Source of the DNA: an uncultured Alphaproteobacteria bacterium
GTDB taxonomy: Bacteria; Pseudomonadota; Alphaproteobacteria; Bin95
Direction: 5' to 3'
NCBI GenBank assembly: GCA_938084065.1
Contig: CALKDI010000007.1
Location: 1 to 41,927 of the forward strand
Length of the DNA stretch: 41,927 nucleotides
Shown: in pieces, positions 22,434 to 34,894 of the stretch
How the letters are laid out: each line of letters starts with the position of its first letter
Position numbering within the stretch: position 1 is the stretch's first letter
Position numbers and translations under genes: made by a program
The notes under the pieces: model-generated
Databases searched by the model: none
Seen by the model: only the letters and a program-made list of their open reading frames with translations
Told to the model about the DNA's origin: nothing

Positions 22434-24551
22434 TTAAGAGTCTGCTTGAGCAGAGATCTCTTCGCCGGTTTCTTGATTGACGACTTTCATCGAGAGCTTG
22501 ATCTTGCCGCGATCATCAATGGCAAGGCATTTCACCTTAACCATCTGACCTTCGCTAACAACATCGCCAACCGTGTTCACGCGCTCGTTCTTCAACTCGC
22601 TGATATGGACCAAGCCATCGCGCGGGCCGAGGAAGTTCACGAATGCACCAAAGTCCATGATCTTGACGACCTTACCGTCATAGATCTCACCAACTTCCGG
22701 CTCCGCGACGATGCCACGAATCCAATCGATAGCGCGCTGAGCCGAGTCGGGATCCGTGCTGGCGATCTTGACGGTGCCATCATCGTCGATATCGACCTTC
22801 GCGCCGGTTTCGGCGACGATTTCGCGAATGACCTTGCCACCGGTGCCAATGATGTCGCGGATCTTATCCTTCGGCACCTTCATCGTGGTGATGCGCGGTG
22901 CGTTCTGGCTGACCTCGGTGCGAGCATTGCCAATGGCGCGCTCCATCTCACCCAAGATGTGGATGCGACCATCACGGGCCTGCTTCAAGGCTACCTGCAT
23001 GATCTCCTCAGTGATTGAGGTGATCTTGATGTCCATCTGCAGGGAGGTTACGCCAACTTCGGTACCAGCCACTTTGAAGTCCATATCGCCCAGGTGATCT
23101 TCATCACCAAGGATATCGGACAGCACAGCATAGCGGTCGCCTTCCTTGATCAGGCCCATGGCGATACCAGCCACCGGACGCTTCAACGGCACACCAGCAT
23201 CCATTAGCGCCAGGGAGCCACCGCAGACAGTCGCCATCGAGGACGAACCGTTCGACTCGGTGATCTCCGACACCACACGCATGGTGTAAGGGAAGTCTTC
23301 CTTTGACGGCAGCAGCGGGCGAATTGCGCGCCACGCCAGCTTACCATGGCCGATCTCACGACGGCCCGGCGGGCCAAAACGACCAGCTTCACCCACAGAG
23401 TAGGGAGGGAAGTTGTAGTGCAGCAGGAAGTGCTCGCGATACTCGCCGGCTAGGGCGTCCATCATCTGCTCGTCCTGGGCGGTACCCAGCGTCGCAATCA
23501 CCAGCGCTTGAGTCTCGCCACGGGTGAACAAGGAGGAGCCGTGAGCGCGCGGCAGCACGCCAACTTCCGGAACGATCGGGCGAATATCCACGGTGGTGCG
23601 GCCATCGATGCGCTTGCCAGTATCTAGGATACCGCCACGAACGATGTCACTTTCCAGCTCTTTGAACAAGCCGCCAGCGATCTCAAGATCGGCGTTTTCT
23701 GCGGCCAAAGTGGCCATTGCGCCGCTTTTCGCTGCAGCAACCGCATCCTGACGCTCAGCTTTAGCAGGAATTTGGTAGGCATTGCGGACACCATCAGCAG
23801 CCAATGCAGCCATGCGGGTGCGCACTGCGGCGACGCCATCAGCTTCGCCTGGCATGTTCCAAGGCTCTTTGGCAGATTCTTCAGCCAGATCGATAATGCA
23901 ATCGATGACTGGCTGGAAGCCACGGTGGCCGAACATGACCGCCTCGAGCATACGCTCCTCAGACAGCTCTTGCGCTTCAGACTCAACCATCAACACACCG
24001 GCATTGGTACCAGCAACGATGAGATCAAGCTTAGACTCTTTCATCTGGTCGAGCGTTGGGTTCAGGACCAACTCGCCGTTGACCTCTCCGACGCGGGTGC
24101 CAGCGATCGGGCCCAGGAATGGGATGCCAGAAATGGTCAACGCCGCACTGGTGCCAATCATCGCAACCATGTCCGGATCCGTCTCCATATCATGCGCCAG
24201 CACGGTGCAGATGATCTGGGTTTCGTGGCGGAAGCCTTTGGCGAACAGCGGGCGGATCGGGCGATCGATCAGGCGAGAGGTCAGGACCTCTTTCTCGCTC
24301 GGCCGGGCTTCGCGCTTAAAAAAACCGCCGGGAATCTTGCCCGCAGCGTAGGTTTTTTCTTGGTAATGAACGCTCAGTGGGAAAAAATCGATGCCGGCAC
24401 GAGGCTTTTTCTCGGCGACTGCGGTGCAAAGCACGGTGGTGCCGCCAAGAGAGATCAACACAGCGCCATCGGCCTGGCGGGCGATACGCCCAGTTTCCAA
24501 GATCAGCGGGCGACCTGCCCACATTATTTCTTTTCGTACGATATCAAACAT
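22434..24551 (-). CDS. pnp: Polyribonucleotide nucleotidyltransferase
   Basis: [43 protein letters not shown] and S1 domains. Confidence 0.98.
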   Translation of the reverse strand: MFDIVRKEIMWAGRPLILETGRIARQADGAVLISLGGTTVLCTAVAEKKPRAGIDFFPLSVHYQEKTYAAGKIPGGFFKREARPSEKEVLTSRLIDRPIRPLFAKGFRHETQIICTVLAHDMETDPDMVAMIGTSAALTISGIPFLGPIAGTRVGEVNGELVLNPTLDQMKESKLDLIVAGTNAGVLMVESEAQELSEERMLEAVMFGHRGFQPVIDCIIDLAEESAKEPWNMPGEADGVAAVRTRMAALAADGVRNAYQIPAKAERQDAVAAAKSGAMATLAAENADLEIAGGLFKELESDIVRGGILDTGKRIDGRTTVDIRPIVPEVGVLPRAHGSSLFTRGETQALVIATLGTAQDEQMMDALAGEYREHFLLHYNFPPYSVGEAGRFGPPGRREIGHGKLAWRAIRPLLPSKEDFPYTMRVVSEITESNGSSSMATVCGGSLALMDAGVPLKRPVAGIAMGLIKEGDRYAVLSDILGDEDHLGDMDFKVAGTEVGVTSLQMDIKITSITEEIMQVALKQARDGRIHILGEMERAIGNARTEVSQNAPRITTMKVPKDKIRDIIGTGGKVIREIVAETGAKVDIDDDGTVKIASTDPDSAQRAIDWIRGIVAEPEVGEIYDGKVVKIMDFGAFVNFLGPRDGLVHISELKNERVNTVGDVVSEGQMVKVKCLAIDDRGKIKLSMKVVNQETGEEISAQADS

Positions 24552-24575
24552 GCGTTCTATATTCCTTACAGTCAT

Positions 24576-24600
24576 CGACACCGGGCCCGGCCCGGTGTCG
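24576..24600. other. Perfect hairpin between rpsO and pnp
   Basis: CGACACCGGGC-CCG-GCCCGGTGTCG, 11-bp stem. T-tract only on the + (antisense) side. Confidence 0.7.
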
Positions 24601-24608
24601 TTTTTGAT

Positions 24609-24878
24609 TTAGCGGCGCAACTCAAGGCGAGAAATAAGGCTGCGGTAGCGTGCCTCTTCCTTGCGCCGCACGTAATCCAGTAGCGAGCGACGCTGCGCAA
24701 CCAGCATCAGCAGGCCACGACGTGAGTGAACGTCCTTGTGATGCTCTTTCAGATGCTCTGTCAGGTTCTTGACGCGCTCCGTGATGATCGCGATCTGAAC
24801 CTCCGGCGAACCGGTATCGCCCTCTTGCAGGCCGTACTCTTTGATCAACTCTTGCTTACGCTCAGGCGTGATCGACAT
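24609..24878 (-). CDS. rpsO: 30S ribosomal protein S15
   Basis: 89 aa, [22 protein letters not shown]. Confidence 0.97.
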   Translation of the reverse strand: MSITPERKQELIKEYGLQEGDTGSPEVQIAIITERVKNLTEHLKEHHKDVHSRRGLLMLVAQRRSLLDYVRRKEEARYRSLISRLELRR

Positions 24879-25860
24879 CGTTTGCTCCTTCTGTGTTGGG
24901 AGAGGCCGTCGCAATTTCTTCACGAGGCGGCCGATGGATGATCCGCAGGGGTTTGGCTTGACCTTCCTCGAGGCGCACGAGCGCAACCGTAATATCATCA
25001 CAGATAGCGCGAAGGACGTCGCCGTCCTCATATGCGTCTACCCGATCAGTATCACTTCTGCGGAACAGTGCCACGGGGCGGCCATGCCGAAGCCCTACGG
25101 CTTCGCTTCCGGAAACGGCCAGCGCCGGGATGTCGGCCAGCGCGGTCTCCACCGGAAGCAATTCTGGTGAATCTTGGTCTATATGACCGGTGTCTTCGAG
25201 TTTTGCTAGTGTGTGGGCCATATCTTCATGAAAAGGCCCAACGGCTATTCGACGCAGCGCAGTCACGTGGCCGACTGTACCCACAGCAACAGCGATATCG
25301 CGGGCGAGGCTGCGCATGTAAGAGCCCTTGCCACATTCGACCGCAAACACCGCGTGGTCAGCGTCTGGCATGGAATGCAAATCGAGTCGGTCGATCTGGA
25401 TCGTCCGCGCTTCCAGCTGCACTTCCTGCTTTTCCCGCGCCAGGTCATAGGCGCGGACGCCATCGACTTTGATGGCTGAGAAAATTGGTGGAACCTGTTG
25501 GATTTGGCCGACGAATTGGGGAAGGGCTGCTTCAATGGCGGCCCTATCTGGTCGCACATCGCTGGTGGCAATCACCTCGCCCTCAGCATCGTCCGTATCC
25601 CGCGCCTCGCCCCATTGCACGGTGAAGCGGTAAATTTTCTGGCCATCCATGATATACGGAACGGTCTTTGTTCCTTCACCCAACGCTATCGGTAGCACAC
25701 CAGTCGCCAAGGGATCGAGCGTGCCGCCATGGCCCGCCTTAGCCCCCTTTGCCAACCGCTTGATCGCGTTGCAAACCCCCGTTGAGGTGATGCCAGACGG
25801 CTTATCAACAATGAGCCAACCGTTAACGTTGGCTTTCGGCTTCCGCCGCCTGGGTGCCAT
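24862..25860 (-). CDS. truB: tRNA pseudouridine(55) synthase
   Basis: [41 protein letters not shown]. Confidence 0.96.
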   Translation of the reverse strand: MAPRRRKPKANVNGWLIVDKPSGITSTGVCNAIKRLAKGAKAGHGGTLDPLATGVLPIALGEGTKTVPYIMDGQKIYRFTVQWGEARDTDDAEGEVIATSDVRPDRAAIEAALPQFVGQIQQVPPIFSAIKVDGVRAYDLAREKQEVQLEARTIQIDRLDLHSMPDADHAVFAVECGKGSYMRSLARDIAVAVGTVGHVTALRRIAVGPFHEDMAHTLAKLEDTGHIDQDSPELLPVETALADIPALAVSGSEAVGLRHGRPVALFRRSDTDRVDAYEDGDVLRAICDDITVALVRLEEGQAKPLRIIHRPPREEIATASPNTEGANDVDHA

Positions 25861-26246
25861 TAATTTTGGCCCTTTGCCAATAGCTCATCAATACGTTCAG
25901 CCACGGAGAACGAGGTATCGGCCCTAAACGTCAGGTCCGGTGTGAATTTGGATTCCAACTTTGTGGCGATCTGCCCGCGCAAATAGCCACGCGCACGCTC
26001 TAGCGATTTCACCACAGCGTTTGCATCTAAGCCCCCCAAAGGAGTCACAAACACAGTCGCATTTTTGAGATCCGGCGAAGGCCGCACCTCTGTAATGGTG
26101 ACATGGGCGTCGGCAAGCACGGGGTCGCGGAATTCACCGCGCGCCATGATCTCCGACAACGAATGGCGCAGCAATTCACCCATGCGCAATTGGCGCTGGG
26201 TCGGCCCCTGAGGGCCACCGCTGGATCCACGACGACCGCGAGTCAT
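25860..26246 (-). CDS. rbfA: Ribosome-binding factor A
   Basis: RQLRMGELLR, ITEVRPSPDLKNA, TPDLTFRAD. Confidence 0.95.
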   Translation of the reverse strand: MTRGRRGSSGGPQGPTQRQLRMGELLRHSLSEIMARGEFRDPVLADAHVTITEVRPSPDLKNATVFVTPLGGLDANAVVKSLERARGYLRGQIATKLESKFTPDLTFRADTSFSVAERIDELLAKGQN

Positions 26247-26270
26247 CGGCCGCCCTCCCCACCATCGGGG

Positions 26271-29123
26271 CTAAATGGTACGGGCAACCTCTTCCACCTC
26301 AAAACATTCGATAACGTCGCCGGCCTGCAGATCCTGATAGTTCTCAAAGGACATGCCACACTCGTTACCATCGCGCACTTCGTTGACGTCGTCCTTGAAG
26401 CGCCTGAGGGTCGAGAGCTTGCCTTCGTGAATGACCACATCGTCGCGCAGCAGACGCACACCTGAACCACGACGGACGACGCCGTCCGTGATACGGCAAC
26501 CGGCGATCTTGCCAGTCTTGGTGATGTTGAAGACCTCGAGGATTTCCGCATTGCCAATCTGGGTCTCGCGGATCAACGGCGCCAACATATCGCTGAGCGC
26601 AGCTTTGATATCGTCGATCAATTCGTAGATGATCGAATAATACCGAATTTCCACACCATCCCGCGTTGCTAGCTCCCGCGCCTGCTTGTTCGCGCGCACG
26701 TTGAAGCCGACCACAAAACCAGTGGAAGCCGTAGCCAACGTAATATCCGACTCGTTGATGCCGCCGACACCTGCATGTAACACGCGGACAGCAACCTCAT
26801 CATTGCCCATGCGCTCCAGCGCACCAACAATCGCTTCCTGACTGCCTTGCACGTCAGCTTTGATCACAATGCTCAATTCTTGAGTTTCGCCGGCCTTGAG
26901 ACGATCGAACATCTGATCCAGAGAACCACGTGCCGTTGTAGCAGTGCGCTTGTCACGAACCATACGCGTACGGTATTCGGCGATTTCGCGAGCCCGGATT
27001 TCGTTCTCAACGACGACGGCTTCATCGCCCGCCATCGGCGTGCCTTGCAAACCAAGCACCTCAACTGGCATCGCGGGACCAGCTTCCTTAAGCTGTCGGC
27101 CACGCTCATCCGTCATGGCACGAACCTTGCCCCATTCACTGCCGACGACAATCGTGTCGCCAACACGCAATGTGCCACGCTGCACCAGGATCGTTGCGAC
27201 GGAACCGCGGCCCCGGTCGAGCCGGGCTTCTACCACGATGCCATTAGCGGCGCGGTCGGGATTGGCCTTGAGGTCCAACACCTCAGACTGCAGCAGGATA
27301 GCCTCCTGCAATTCTTCCAGGCCGATCCGTTTGAGAGCTGACACGTGCACGAATTGGACGTCGCCGCCGAATTCCTCTGCCACAACTTCATGCCGCAGCA
27401 GGTCCTGCTTAACCCGCTCTGGATCAACATCGGGGCGGTCAATTTTATTAACAGCCACAATCATCGGCACGCCCGCCGCCTTGGCATGGGCGATAGCCTC
27501 AATCGTCTGTGGCTGCACGCTATCATCCGCAGCGACAACCAAAATGACCAAGTCAGTGACCGAGGCACCGCGACTACGCATTGCGCTAAACGCGGCGTGA
27601 CCAGGTGTATCTAGGAAGGTGATCTTGTTGCCGGATGCCAGTTGCACCTGATAGGCGCCGATGTGCTGGGTGATGCCACCGGCCTCACCGCCTGCAACGT
27701 CGGTCGACCGCAAGGCATCAAGCAGTGAGGTCTTGCCGTGATCGACGTGGCCCATGATGGTCACTACTGGCGGACGCGGCAGCATATCTGCGGCGTCGTC
27801 CTGCGGACCGGCCAAGCCTTCCTCAATATCTGACTCAGCGACACGGCGCAGGTTGTGGCCGAATTCTTCGACAACCAGCTCAGCAGTATCAGCATCAATT
27901 GTTTGGCTCAGCGAGGCCATAACGCCCATTCGCATCAATGCCTTCACGACATCAGATGAGCGCTCCGCCATACGGTTGGCCAAGTCTTGGACGGTAATTA
28001 CCTCTGGAATCACAACGTCGCGCACGATTTTCTGCTGCTCCCCGCCGGACTGGCGTTGACGTTGGCGTTCCCGCTCCCGAGCCCGACGGACTGAGGCGAG
28101 GCTGCGCTGCCTCTCCTCAACTGTCTCCTCGTCAAGCGCTTGGGTAATGGTCAGGCGGCCGGTACGGCGGCGTTGTTCTGTACGGTTCCGCGGCGTCGCC
28201 GGGCGTTTTACATCGCCACGACGGCTGCGTGCCTCTTCCTCTTCCAATGCCGCTGTGCGGTTGGTTGCGAAGCGCACGTTGGCACCCGCATCCTCCGGTG
28301 GCACAGCTGCCGGATCTGGCATGACATCGGGGACATCGCGGCCCTTAACGCGTTCGGCTTTGGTCTTGCGTCGTGGAGCAGCGTCGGCCTCATGCTTTGC
28401 AGCATCCTTGGCACGACGGGCAACATCCGCCTCAATCTTGCGGCGCTCTTCGCTCTCTGCCGCTTGCAGAGCGGCGAGTTCGATTTCTTCCTGCGTAGGC
28501 TCGCGCGAAACTTCAGGCTCGGGCGCTTCTACAGCAACCGGAGCAGCGTCCTCTAAAGCCGGCTTGCTGACGTCCGCTGCAGGTGCTTGTTCCGAAACAG
28601 GCTCCTCTGCGACAGGCGCTGCATCGACGGTCTGATCCGCCTCGGCCACAACGTCAGTCGCTTGCGGCGCTTCCTCTGCGGGTTCTTCAACGGGCTCAGG
28701 TTCGGCCGCTTTGGCTTCAGCGGCATCAATCGCGGCAGCCTCTTCAGCCTCACGACGCGCTCGGTCCTCAGCGGCCTGCAGACGGCGCTGCATCGCATCA
28801 TCTGCGTTTGGCGCTGCGCTTTGAGCAGGTTCGGATTCAGCGGGCGTTTGCTGGTCTGCGCTACTCGCTTCCTTCTGCATGGATCGCAGTGCACGGATGC
28901 GGGCGGCGCGCTCTTCTTCGCTCAACGCGCCGGCATCACGACCGCCACGACCACCACCATCAGCGCCAGCACGTTTGCGCTTGACCTCAACAGTTACCGT
29001 TTTGGAGCGCCCGTGCGAGAAACTCTGTCGAATTTTGCCTGAGTCAGCCCCCTTCGAAAGACCTAACTTGCCTTTCGTCAGAGAAAGCTTTCCTGATTCG
29101 CGCTCGATCGTTTTATCCACCAT
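26271..29123 (-). CDS. infB: Translation initiation factor IF-2
   Basis: [11 protein letters not shown]-terminus, [17 protein letters not shown]. Confidence 0.98.
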   Translation of the reverse strand: MVDKTIERESGKLSLTKGKLGLSKGADSGKIRQSFSHGRSKTVTVEVKRKRAGADGGGRGGRDAGALSEEERAARIRALRSMQKEASSADQQTPAESEPAQSAAPNADDAMQRRLQAAEDRARREAEEAAAIDAAEAKAAEPEPVEEPAEEAPQATDVVAEADQTVDAAPVAEEPVSEQAPAADVSKPALEDAAPVAVEAPEPEVSREPTQEEIELAALQAAESEERRKIEADVARRAKDAAKHEADAAPRRKTKAERVKGRDVPDVMPDPAAVPPEDAGANVRFATNRTAALEEEEARSRRGDVKRPATPRNRTEQRRRTGRLTITQALDEETVEERQRSLASVRRARERERQRQRQSGGEQQKIVRDVVIPEVITVQDLANRMAERSSDVVKALMRMGVMASLSQTIDADTAELVVEEFGHNLRRVAESDIEEGLAGPQDDAADMLPRPPVVTIMGHVDHGKTSLLDALRSTDVAGGEAGGITQHIGAYQVQLASGNKITFLDTPGHAAFSAMRSRGASVTDLVILVVAADDSVQPQTIEAIAHAKAAGVPMIVAVNKIDRPDVDPERVKQDLLRHEVVAEEFGGDVQFVHVSALKRIGLEELQEAILLQSEVLDLKANPDRAANGIVVEARLDRGRGSVATILVQRGTLRVGDTIVVGSEWGKVRAMTDERGRQLKEAGPAMPVEVLGLQGTPMAGDEAVVVENEIRAREIAEYRTRMVRDKRTATTARGSLDQMFDRLKAGETQELSIVIKADVQGSQEAIVGALERMGNDEVAVRVLHAGVGGINESDITLATASTGFVVGFNVRANKQARELATRDGVEIRYYSIIYELIDDIKAALSDMLAPLIRETQIGNAEILEVFNITKTGKIAGCRITDGVVRRGSGVRLLRDDVVIHEGKLSTLRRFKDDVNEVRDGNECGMSFENYQDLQAGDVIECFEVEEVARTI

Positions 29124-29130
29124 GATCCGC

Positions 29131-29784
29131 TTATTGCTCTCCGCCGGCGCCGTGCTGCCGGCTGCCTATCAATCCTGCATAGCGTTGCGCATCCGCCAGG
29201 AAACGCTCGCCCAACTTACCTGGCATCAGCGCCAGATGTACCAGATGATCCCGACCGACGGACTCACCCAACTGACTGGCTGTAAACCAGTCTATCACTT
29301 CCAACTCACGCGCCAGGCCAGCCAGCTTGGCTTTGCCGTTCTCCGCGCCATCAGACGCCTCAATTAGCACTGCAACCTTACCGCGCGCCAGACTCTCCTT
29401 CACCTGGAAGAAGCCGATTTCCAATTGTCCGGCACCTCTGGCCAGCCCTAGCCAATGCAAGCAACGGGCCGTCAGTGTCGCTTCAAGAGTTGCCAAAAGT
29501 CCATCAGGCACCGTCGCCGGCCCGCGGGCCGCTTTGGCGAAGGCGTTCGTTTTAAGCGCCTTCTCGACGATGTCCCGATCTGCCGACAACCAATATCCGC
29601 GCCCTGGCAAGGTCTCGGCAAAATCCGGAACGACATTGTGATCTGGGTCCAATACGAATCGGATCAAGCCGTGGCGCGGACGGGGTTGACGGCTGACAAT
29701 ACACCGGCGTTTCGGCTCAGCTGCTGCTGTAGCCGACCGGTGCGTTGCTTTCGCCGTCGAGGTGTCGTCCGCTGCCAATGTCAT
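29131..29784 (-). CDS. ylxR: YlxR/DUF448 RNA-binding protein with L7Ae-like C-terminal domain
   Basis: [34 protein letters not shown]. Lies between nusA and infB. Confidence 0.85.
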   Translation of the reverse strand: MTLAADDTSTAKATHRSATAAAEPKRRCIVSRQPRPRHGLIRFVLDPDHNVVPDFAETLPGRGYWLSADRDIVEKALKTNAFAKAARGPATVPDGLLATLEATLTARCLHWLGLARGAGQLEIGFFQVKESLARGKVAVLIEASDGAENGKAKLAGLARELEVIDWFTASQLGESVGRDHLVHLALMPGKLGERFLADAQRYAGLIGSRQHGAGGEQ

Positions 29785-29803
29785 ACCAGTGCTTTGCCGC
29801 TCC

Positions 29804-31438
29804 TTATTCTGCCGCTTGCTCAGACGGGTCAGCCTCATCGGCGCCACCGTCTACAGCCTCATCTTCATCGAACCAATGTGCACGCGCTGCCATGATAATG
29901 GCATCCGCATCAGGCCCGCCAATTGGGCTGCTGTCAGCACCTAGACGCTGCGCAGCCTCTTCCATGCTGGCGATATCGTCGACAGTCGCGGTTTCAGTCG
30001 ATGGGTTGACGATATAGCGCAATTCATCGCTGGCGAGGTCGGCCAAATCGTCGAGTGTCGTCACTTCAGCTTCGCCCAAGCGGACCAACATGGCCAACGT
30101 CAAGCCTTCGACTTCCAACAGATCATCGGCGATTTTCAGTTCCGCAACACGCTGCGTCAGGCGCTCCTGCTCTGCCAGGACAAAGTCCTGAGCACGGCGT
30201 TGCAACTCTTCCGCGATTTCCTCGTCGAAACCCTCGATTTCCGTCAATTCTTCAACGTCGGAAAACGCTATTTCCTCGACCGAAGCAAAGCCTTCTGCCA
30301 CCAGCAGATGGGCGATCACGTCATCGACATCCAACTTCTCGATAAAGGCCTGGGTGCGCAGTCGGATCTCTTCCTGGCGGCGCTCCGATTCCTGGGCCTC
30401 TGTCATAATATCGATAGACCAGCCGGTCAGCTGGCTTGCCAACCGCACGTTTTGGCCACGACGGCCAATGGCGAGGCTGAGTTGATCATCCGGAACAACA
30501 ACCTCAATCCGGTTGTCCTCCTCATCAATCACAACCTTGGCGGCTTCCGCCGGGGCCAATGCGTTAACAACGAAGGTCGCCGGGTCATCGGACCACGGGA
30601 TAATATCAACGCGCTCGCCCTGCAGCTCATTCACCACCGCATGAACACGGCTGCCACGCATGCCAACGCAGGCGCCGACTGGATCAATGGAGGAATCGTT
30701 CGACAGAACGGCAATCTTGGCACGGCTGCCCGGGTCACGGGCGGCGCCTTTGATCTCGATGATACCGTCGTAGATTTCGGGCACTTCCTGCGCAAACAGG
30801 CACCGCACGAAGTCCGGTTTGGTCCGAGACAAGAAAATCTGAGGACCGCGTGATTCATCCCGCACGTCGAAAATCAAGGCGCGGACACGGTCATTACGGC
30901 GGAAATGCTCGCGCGGGATAATCTCATCACGGCGCAATATGGCTTCGGCGCGACCCAAATCGACGATAACGTTGCCGAACTCAACCCGCTTAACGACGCC
31001 ATTAACGATCTCGCCAACACGGCCAATGTATTCCTGATACTGCCGCAGCCGCTCGGCTTCACGCACCCGCTGGACAATCACCTGCTTGGCGGTTTGTGCA
31101 GCTATGCGGCCAAAGTCCACTGGCGGCAGGTGGTCGGTAAGAAACTCACCGACTTCGGCATCTTTCTTTTCACGCTGAGCAACACTCAGCGGCATCTGAA
31201 CGGCTTCGTTCTCGATATCAACGCCATCGGCCACGACCTCTCGATAGCGGGTCAGCCGTATATCGCCCGTCCGACGATCCACTTCGGCACGAATATCGTG
31301 TTCAAGACCGTATTTGAAACGTCCAGCGCGCTGGATGGCTTGCTCCATCGCATCCAGCACTTCCTCGCGATCGATACCTTTCTCGCGGGCAGCAGCTTCC
31401 GCCACTTGCAAGAGTTCGGCGCCGAGAATTTGCACCAT
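29804..31438 (-). CDS. nusA: Transcription termination/antitermination factor NusA
   Basis: FGRIAAQTAKQ, ARDPGSRAKIAV, DPVGACVGMRG, AIGRRGQNVRLA. Confidence 0.98.
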   Translation of the reverse strand: MVQILGAELLQVAEAAAREKGIDREEVLDAMEQAIQRAGRFKYGLEHDIRAEVDRRTGDIRLTRYREVVADGVDIENEAVQMPLSVAQREKKDAEVGEFLTDHLPPVDFGRIAAQTAKQVIVQRVREAERLRQYQEYIGRVGEIVNGVVKRVEFGNVIVDLGRAEAILRRDEIIPREHFRRNDRVRALIFDVRDESRGPQIFLSRTKPDFVRCLFAQEVPEIYDGIIEIKGAARDPGSRAKIAVLSNDSSIDPVGACVGMRGSRVHAVVNELQGERVDIIPWSDDPATFVVNALAPAEAAKVVIDEEDNRIEVVVPDDQLSLAIGRRGQNVRLASQLTGWSIDIMTEAQESERRQEEIRLRTQAFIEKLDVDDVIAHLLVAEGFASVEEIAFSDVEELTEIEGFDEEIAEELQRRAQDFVLAEQERLTQRVAELKIADDLLEVEGLTLAMLVRLGEAEVTTLDDLADLASDELRYIVNPSTETATVDDIASMEEAAQRLGADSSPIGGPDADAIIMAARAHWFDEDEAVDGGADEADPSEQAAE

Positions 31439-31440
31439 CG

Positions 31441-31965
31441 CTAAACCACTCCCTCATCCGCCGACGTTTCAGTCGACTCTGCCGCTTGGTGTGCGGCGAT
31501 CAATGCATCGGTCAATACGAGCTTGGCTGATTGAATAACGGTGAGTGGCAACTCCACCGTCTCTCCGTCAACATCCAGACAAACACTCTCTGCCTCGTTC
31601 AGGCCCAATAGCAGCCCCTTATAACGGCGGCGGCCATCGCGATTCTCTTCTAGTTCCACCTTTGCCTCAAAGCCGGCAAAGCGCACAAAATCTTCCGGGC
31701 GCGTCAACGGCCGGTCAATGCCAGGCGAGGACACCTCCAGCGCGTAAGCACCAACAATCGGGTCAAAAACATCCAACACCGGGGACAGCGCTCGACTCAC
31801 GGCTGCGCAATCGTCCACGTTGACATCGCTGCCATCCTCGCGCTCGATCATCACCTGCAGAACTTGCCGTCGCCCACCATAGAACTTTACCCGCACCAGA
31901 GTACAACCCAGTGCAGTGATTTGCGGTTCAATGGCAGTTTCGATTTTTCGTGGTCCGCGTTCCAC
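31441..31965 (-). CDS. rimP: Ribosome maturation factor RimP
   Basis: DDCAAVSR, LEVSSPGIDRPL, AKLVLTD. Confidence 0.95.
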   Translation of the reverse strand: MERGPRKIETAIEPQITALGCTLVRVKFYGGRRQVLQVMIEREDGSDVNVDDCAAVSRALSPVLDVFDPIVGAYALEVSSPGIDRPLTRPEDFVRFAGFEAKVELEENRDGRRRYKGLLLGLNEAESVCLDVDGETVELPLTVIQSAKLVLTDALIAAHQAAESTETSADEGVV

Positions 31966-32025
31966 TCAGACTCCCGTCCGCCCAACGCCCTAAAGGCTCA
32001 GCACGGCTGCTATCTAAAGGCTACT

Positions 32026-32060
32026 AACAAAACAGGGCGGGACCCATAGGGACCCACCCT
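32026..32060 (-). promoter_or_regulatory. rimP leader hairpin / terminator-like element
   Basis: Minus strand AGGGTGGG-TCCCTATGGGT-CCCGCCCT followed by GTTTTGTT, upstream of rimP. Confidence 0.6.
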
Positions 32061-32133
32061 CTCCATTGCTCATACAGAGAGCACTATCAATCAAATGACA
32101 GTGGCAGACAAATACCCGGTATGGCCAGAAAAT

Positions 32134-32835
32134 TCAAGCAAAATCGGACATGTGCCGCCGTTGCAAGGACAAGTAAGTCGAATGACGGCCCGCTTCTAGG
32201 CCCTTGGTCTCAAAACGGGTTCCAGGCCAGTCATCTGGCCGCACGCGCCAATCGTCCGCGCACGCCGGGCTCCAATCAAAATCAGGGTGCCGCCGCAAGA
32301 CACGCAGCATCCACACCAGGTAATCTTGCACATCTGTTGCGACGCGCAATTCGGATCCCTGCGGCATCAATCGGCCGAGTTGATCCAGAACCTGCGTGTT
32401 AACGATTCGTCGGCGCCAATGGCGGCGTTTCGGCCATGGGTCCGGAAAAAGAACAAACGCCCGGTCGATCGAACCTGGCGCCAATTGCTCCAACAGCAGC
32501 CGAACGTCGTCATCCAGCACCCGGATATTCTGTAAGCCCTGCTCAAAAGCAGCCGCCACTAATGACGCCATGCCATTTACGAACGGCTCGACGGCGATAT
32601 AGCCAATGTCTGGGTTCTGTGCAGCTTGCCAAACCGCATGCATGCCATCGCCGGACCCAATCTCTAACCAGACCTCCCTCACGGGATGATCGAACAGAGT
32701 GAGGGGATCCAACGGTGCGGATGCTGTCAGCGGGACGCGCAAGCGTGGCAATAACTCTTGCACAGCCTGCAGGCCACGATGCCGCAGCGGCCGGCCAACG
32801 CGCCGACCGTGCAACTCACGCTTTGCGGCGATCAA
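32134..32835 (-). CDS. trmB: tRNA (guanine-N7)-methyltransferase
   Basis: [29 protein letters not shown]. Confidence 0.95.
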   Translation of the reverse strand: MIAAKRELHGRRVGRPLRHRGLQAVQELLPRLRVPLTASAPLDPLTLFDHPVREVWLEIGSGDGMHAVWQAAQNPDIGYIAVEPFVNGMASLVAAAFEQGLQNIRVLDDDVRLLLEQLAPGSIDRAFVLFPDPWPKRRHWRRRIVNTQVLDQLGRLMPQGSELRVATDVQDYLVWMLRVLRRHPDFDWSPACADDWRVRPDDWPGTRFETKGLEAGRHSTYLSLQRRHMSDFA

Positions 32836-34013
32836 ACTGTTTTCTTCAATGCCTCGACCAAGTCCGTCCGCTCCCAGGAGAAGTGGCCTTCATCGGTCGG
32901 CTTTCGGCCAAAATGGCCGTAGGAGGAGGTCGGCACATAAATCGGGCGGTTGAGGTTCAGATGCTGACGGATGCCGCGCGGCGACAGGTCAAACAGCGTC
33001 GGCAAAATCTTTTCCAACCGCGCTTCCGTCACGCCGTCAATGATAGTGCCATGCGTATCGACATAGAGCGACAACGGCTTGGCAACGCCAATGGCATAGG
33101 CCACCTGGATCGTGCATTTGGTTGCCAGACCGGCAGCCACTACGTTCTTTGCCAGATAGCGCGTGCCGTAAGCGGCAGACCGATCAACCTTGGACGGGTC
33201 TTTGCCACTGAAAGCACCGCCACCATGCGGAGACGCGCCACCGTAAGTGTCGACAATGATCTTGCGCCCGGTCAGTCCGGCATCACTGTCTGGGCCGCCA
33301 ATAACGAATCGGCCGGTCGGGTTTACGTAGAATTCAGTCTCCGGGCACATCCAGCTATCATCCGGCAGAACACCCATGACGAACGGGCGCACAATTTCAC
33401 GCACCTCGTCAGTGCTCAGACCTTCATCGTGCTGAGTTGAGACAACGATCGACGTGGCACGAACCGGCTTGCCATCACGATATTCTAAGGTGAACTGGCT
33501 TTTGCTATCAGGACCCAAGCCTTTGATCGCGCCAGACTTGCGCGCTTCGGCCATCCCGCGCAGCACGCCGTGGCTGAAGTGAATTGGCGCCGGCATCAAA
33601 TCTTCGGTCTCGGAGCAGGCATAGCCAAACATCAAGCCTTGATCGCCAGCACCCTCATCTTTGTTGCCAGCAGAATCGACGCCCTGGGCAATATCTGCCG
33701 ACTGGCTGTGCACGCGAACATCCACCTTGGCATTCTGCCAGTGGAAATTGTCCTGATCATAGCCGATGTCGCGAATAGCCTCGCGCGCCAGCTTCTCCAT
33801 CAAAGCGTGGTCAACGCTTGCAGGCCCACGGGTCTCTCCAGCAATGCAGACATAATTGGTTGTCACCAATGTCTCGACGCCGCAACGGACAAAGTCGGCT
33901 TCGGCCGTAGACAGATACGCATCAACGATTGCATCGGACACGCGGTCACAAATCTTATCCGGATGACCTTCCGAAACCGATTCACTGGTGAACAGATAAG
34001 ACGAACGGGTCAC
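32832..34013 (-). CDS. metK: S-adenosylmethionine synthase
   Basis: [28 protein letters not shown]. Confidence 0.98.
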   Translation of the reverse strand: MTRSSYLFTSESVSEGHPDKICDRVSDAIVDAYLSTAEADFVRCGVETLVTTNYVCIAGETRGPASVDHALMEKLAREAIRDIGYDQDNFHWQNAKVDVRVHSQSADIAQGVDSAGNKDEGAGDQGLMFGYACSETEDLMPAPIHFSHGVLRGMAEARKSGAIKGLGPDSKSQFTLEYRDGKPVRATSIVVSTQHDEGLSTDEVREIVRPFVMGVLPDDSWMCPETEFYVNPTGRFVIGGPDSDAGLTGRKIIVDTYGGASPHGGGAFSGKDPSKVDRSAAYGTRYLAKNVVAAGLATKCTIQVAYAIGVAKPLSLYVDTHGTIIDGVTEARLEKILPTLFDLSPRGIRQHLNLNRPIYVPTSSYGHFGRKPTDEGHFSWERTDLVEALKKTV

Positions 34014-34163
34014 GGGCTATCCCTTTGTCAGCAATGGTAAGGCAAGGAGCAGACTTAGATGAAGATTCAGGGCCTGCGTTGACGAACCGCCCTTCTGCCC
34101 AATTCCCCCGCCGTCCGTCAAGGCCCCTGCCTGCCGCACGACCAATCAAAGGCTTGGGTGCGA

Positions 34164-34613
34164 CTAGATATCTTCGCGGGGAAGACCATCCCCCATCGAC
34201 CGCATCAGGTCTAACATCCGCCGCCGAACGGCCGGATCTGGGATAGCATAATAAGCTCGCACCAGCAGCAAGGTCTCCCGCTGCGTCATTGTATCTGCCT
34301 GATAGGGGTTAGGGCTGTCTTCCGCGACGCCGTTCGTGGCGCTCTTCTGCCCATCGTCCATTTCGTCGAAGAAAAAATTGACCGGCACATCTAATGCACG
34401 CGCCAGTTGATACAAACGCCCCGCGCCAATCCGGTTGGCGCCCCGTTCATACTTTTGAACCTGCTGGAACGTCAGATCCAATGCAGAGGCTAGGCGCTCC
34501 TGGCTCAACCCCATCAACGTACGACGTTGACGTACACGGTTGCCAACATGGATATCGACCGCATTCGGCTTTCCTCTGGTTTTCCGCTGCGGTTTTCTTT
34601 CTTGAACGTCCAT
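34164..34613 (-). CDS. XRE-family helix-turn-helix transcriptional regulator
   Basis: VDIHVGNRVR...SQERLA..LTFQQVQKYERGANRI, the usual alphaproteobacterial gene upstream of metK. Start uncertain (up to 34709). Confidence 0.88.
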   Translation of the reverse strand: MDVQERKPQRKTRGKPNAVDIHVGNRVRQRRTLMGLSQERLASALDLTFQQVQKYERGANRIGAGRLYQLARALDVPVNFFFDEMDDGQKSATNGVAEDSPNPYQADTMTQRETLLLVRAYYAIPDPAVRRRMLDLMRSMGDGLPREDI

Positions 34614-34894
34614 CAACTCAAAATCCCCTGGATTTTCTCTTGCGTTTTTTTTTTCGCGCGTCCGGGTCACCAAAACACGCCGCTCATCCCAAATAATATA
34701 TGCATACATCTGTATGGGTCAAGCAAATTCCCGCATGAGGTGAGTGGTTCGATGTCGTCACTACCGAAAGGATGAAATGCTAGCAAACCTTTGTGGCAAA
34801 TTCACGGCTTGGTTTAGCAATTATTTTTCTTTCACTCAAAACGGGAGCGAGCCAATAAAAAACAATCAAATTCGCGATGCCGCCATCTCAATAA

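Noticed and set aside
24879-25031. Extended 140-aa S15
   Set aside because: S15 starts at ATG 24878 after a GAAGGAG RBS. The upstream part is truB sequence.
28140-28900. Low-complexity Ala/Glu/Pro region as a repeat element
   Set aside because: Ordinary variable N-terminal region of IF-2.
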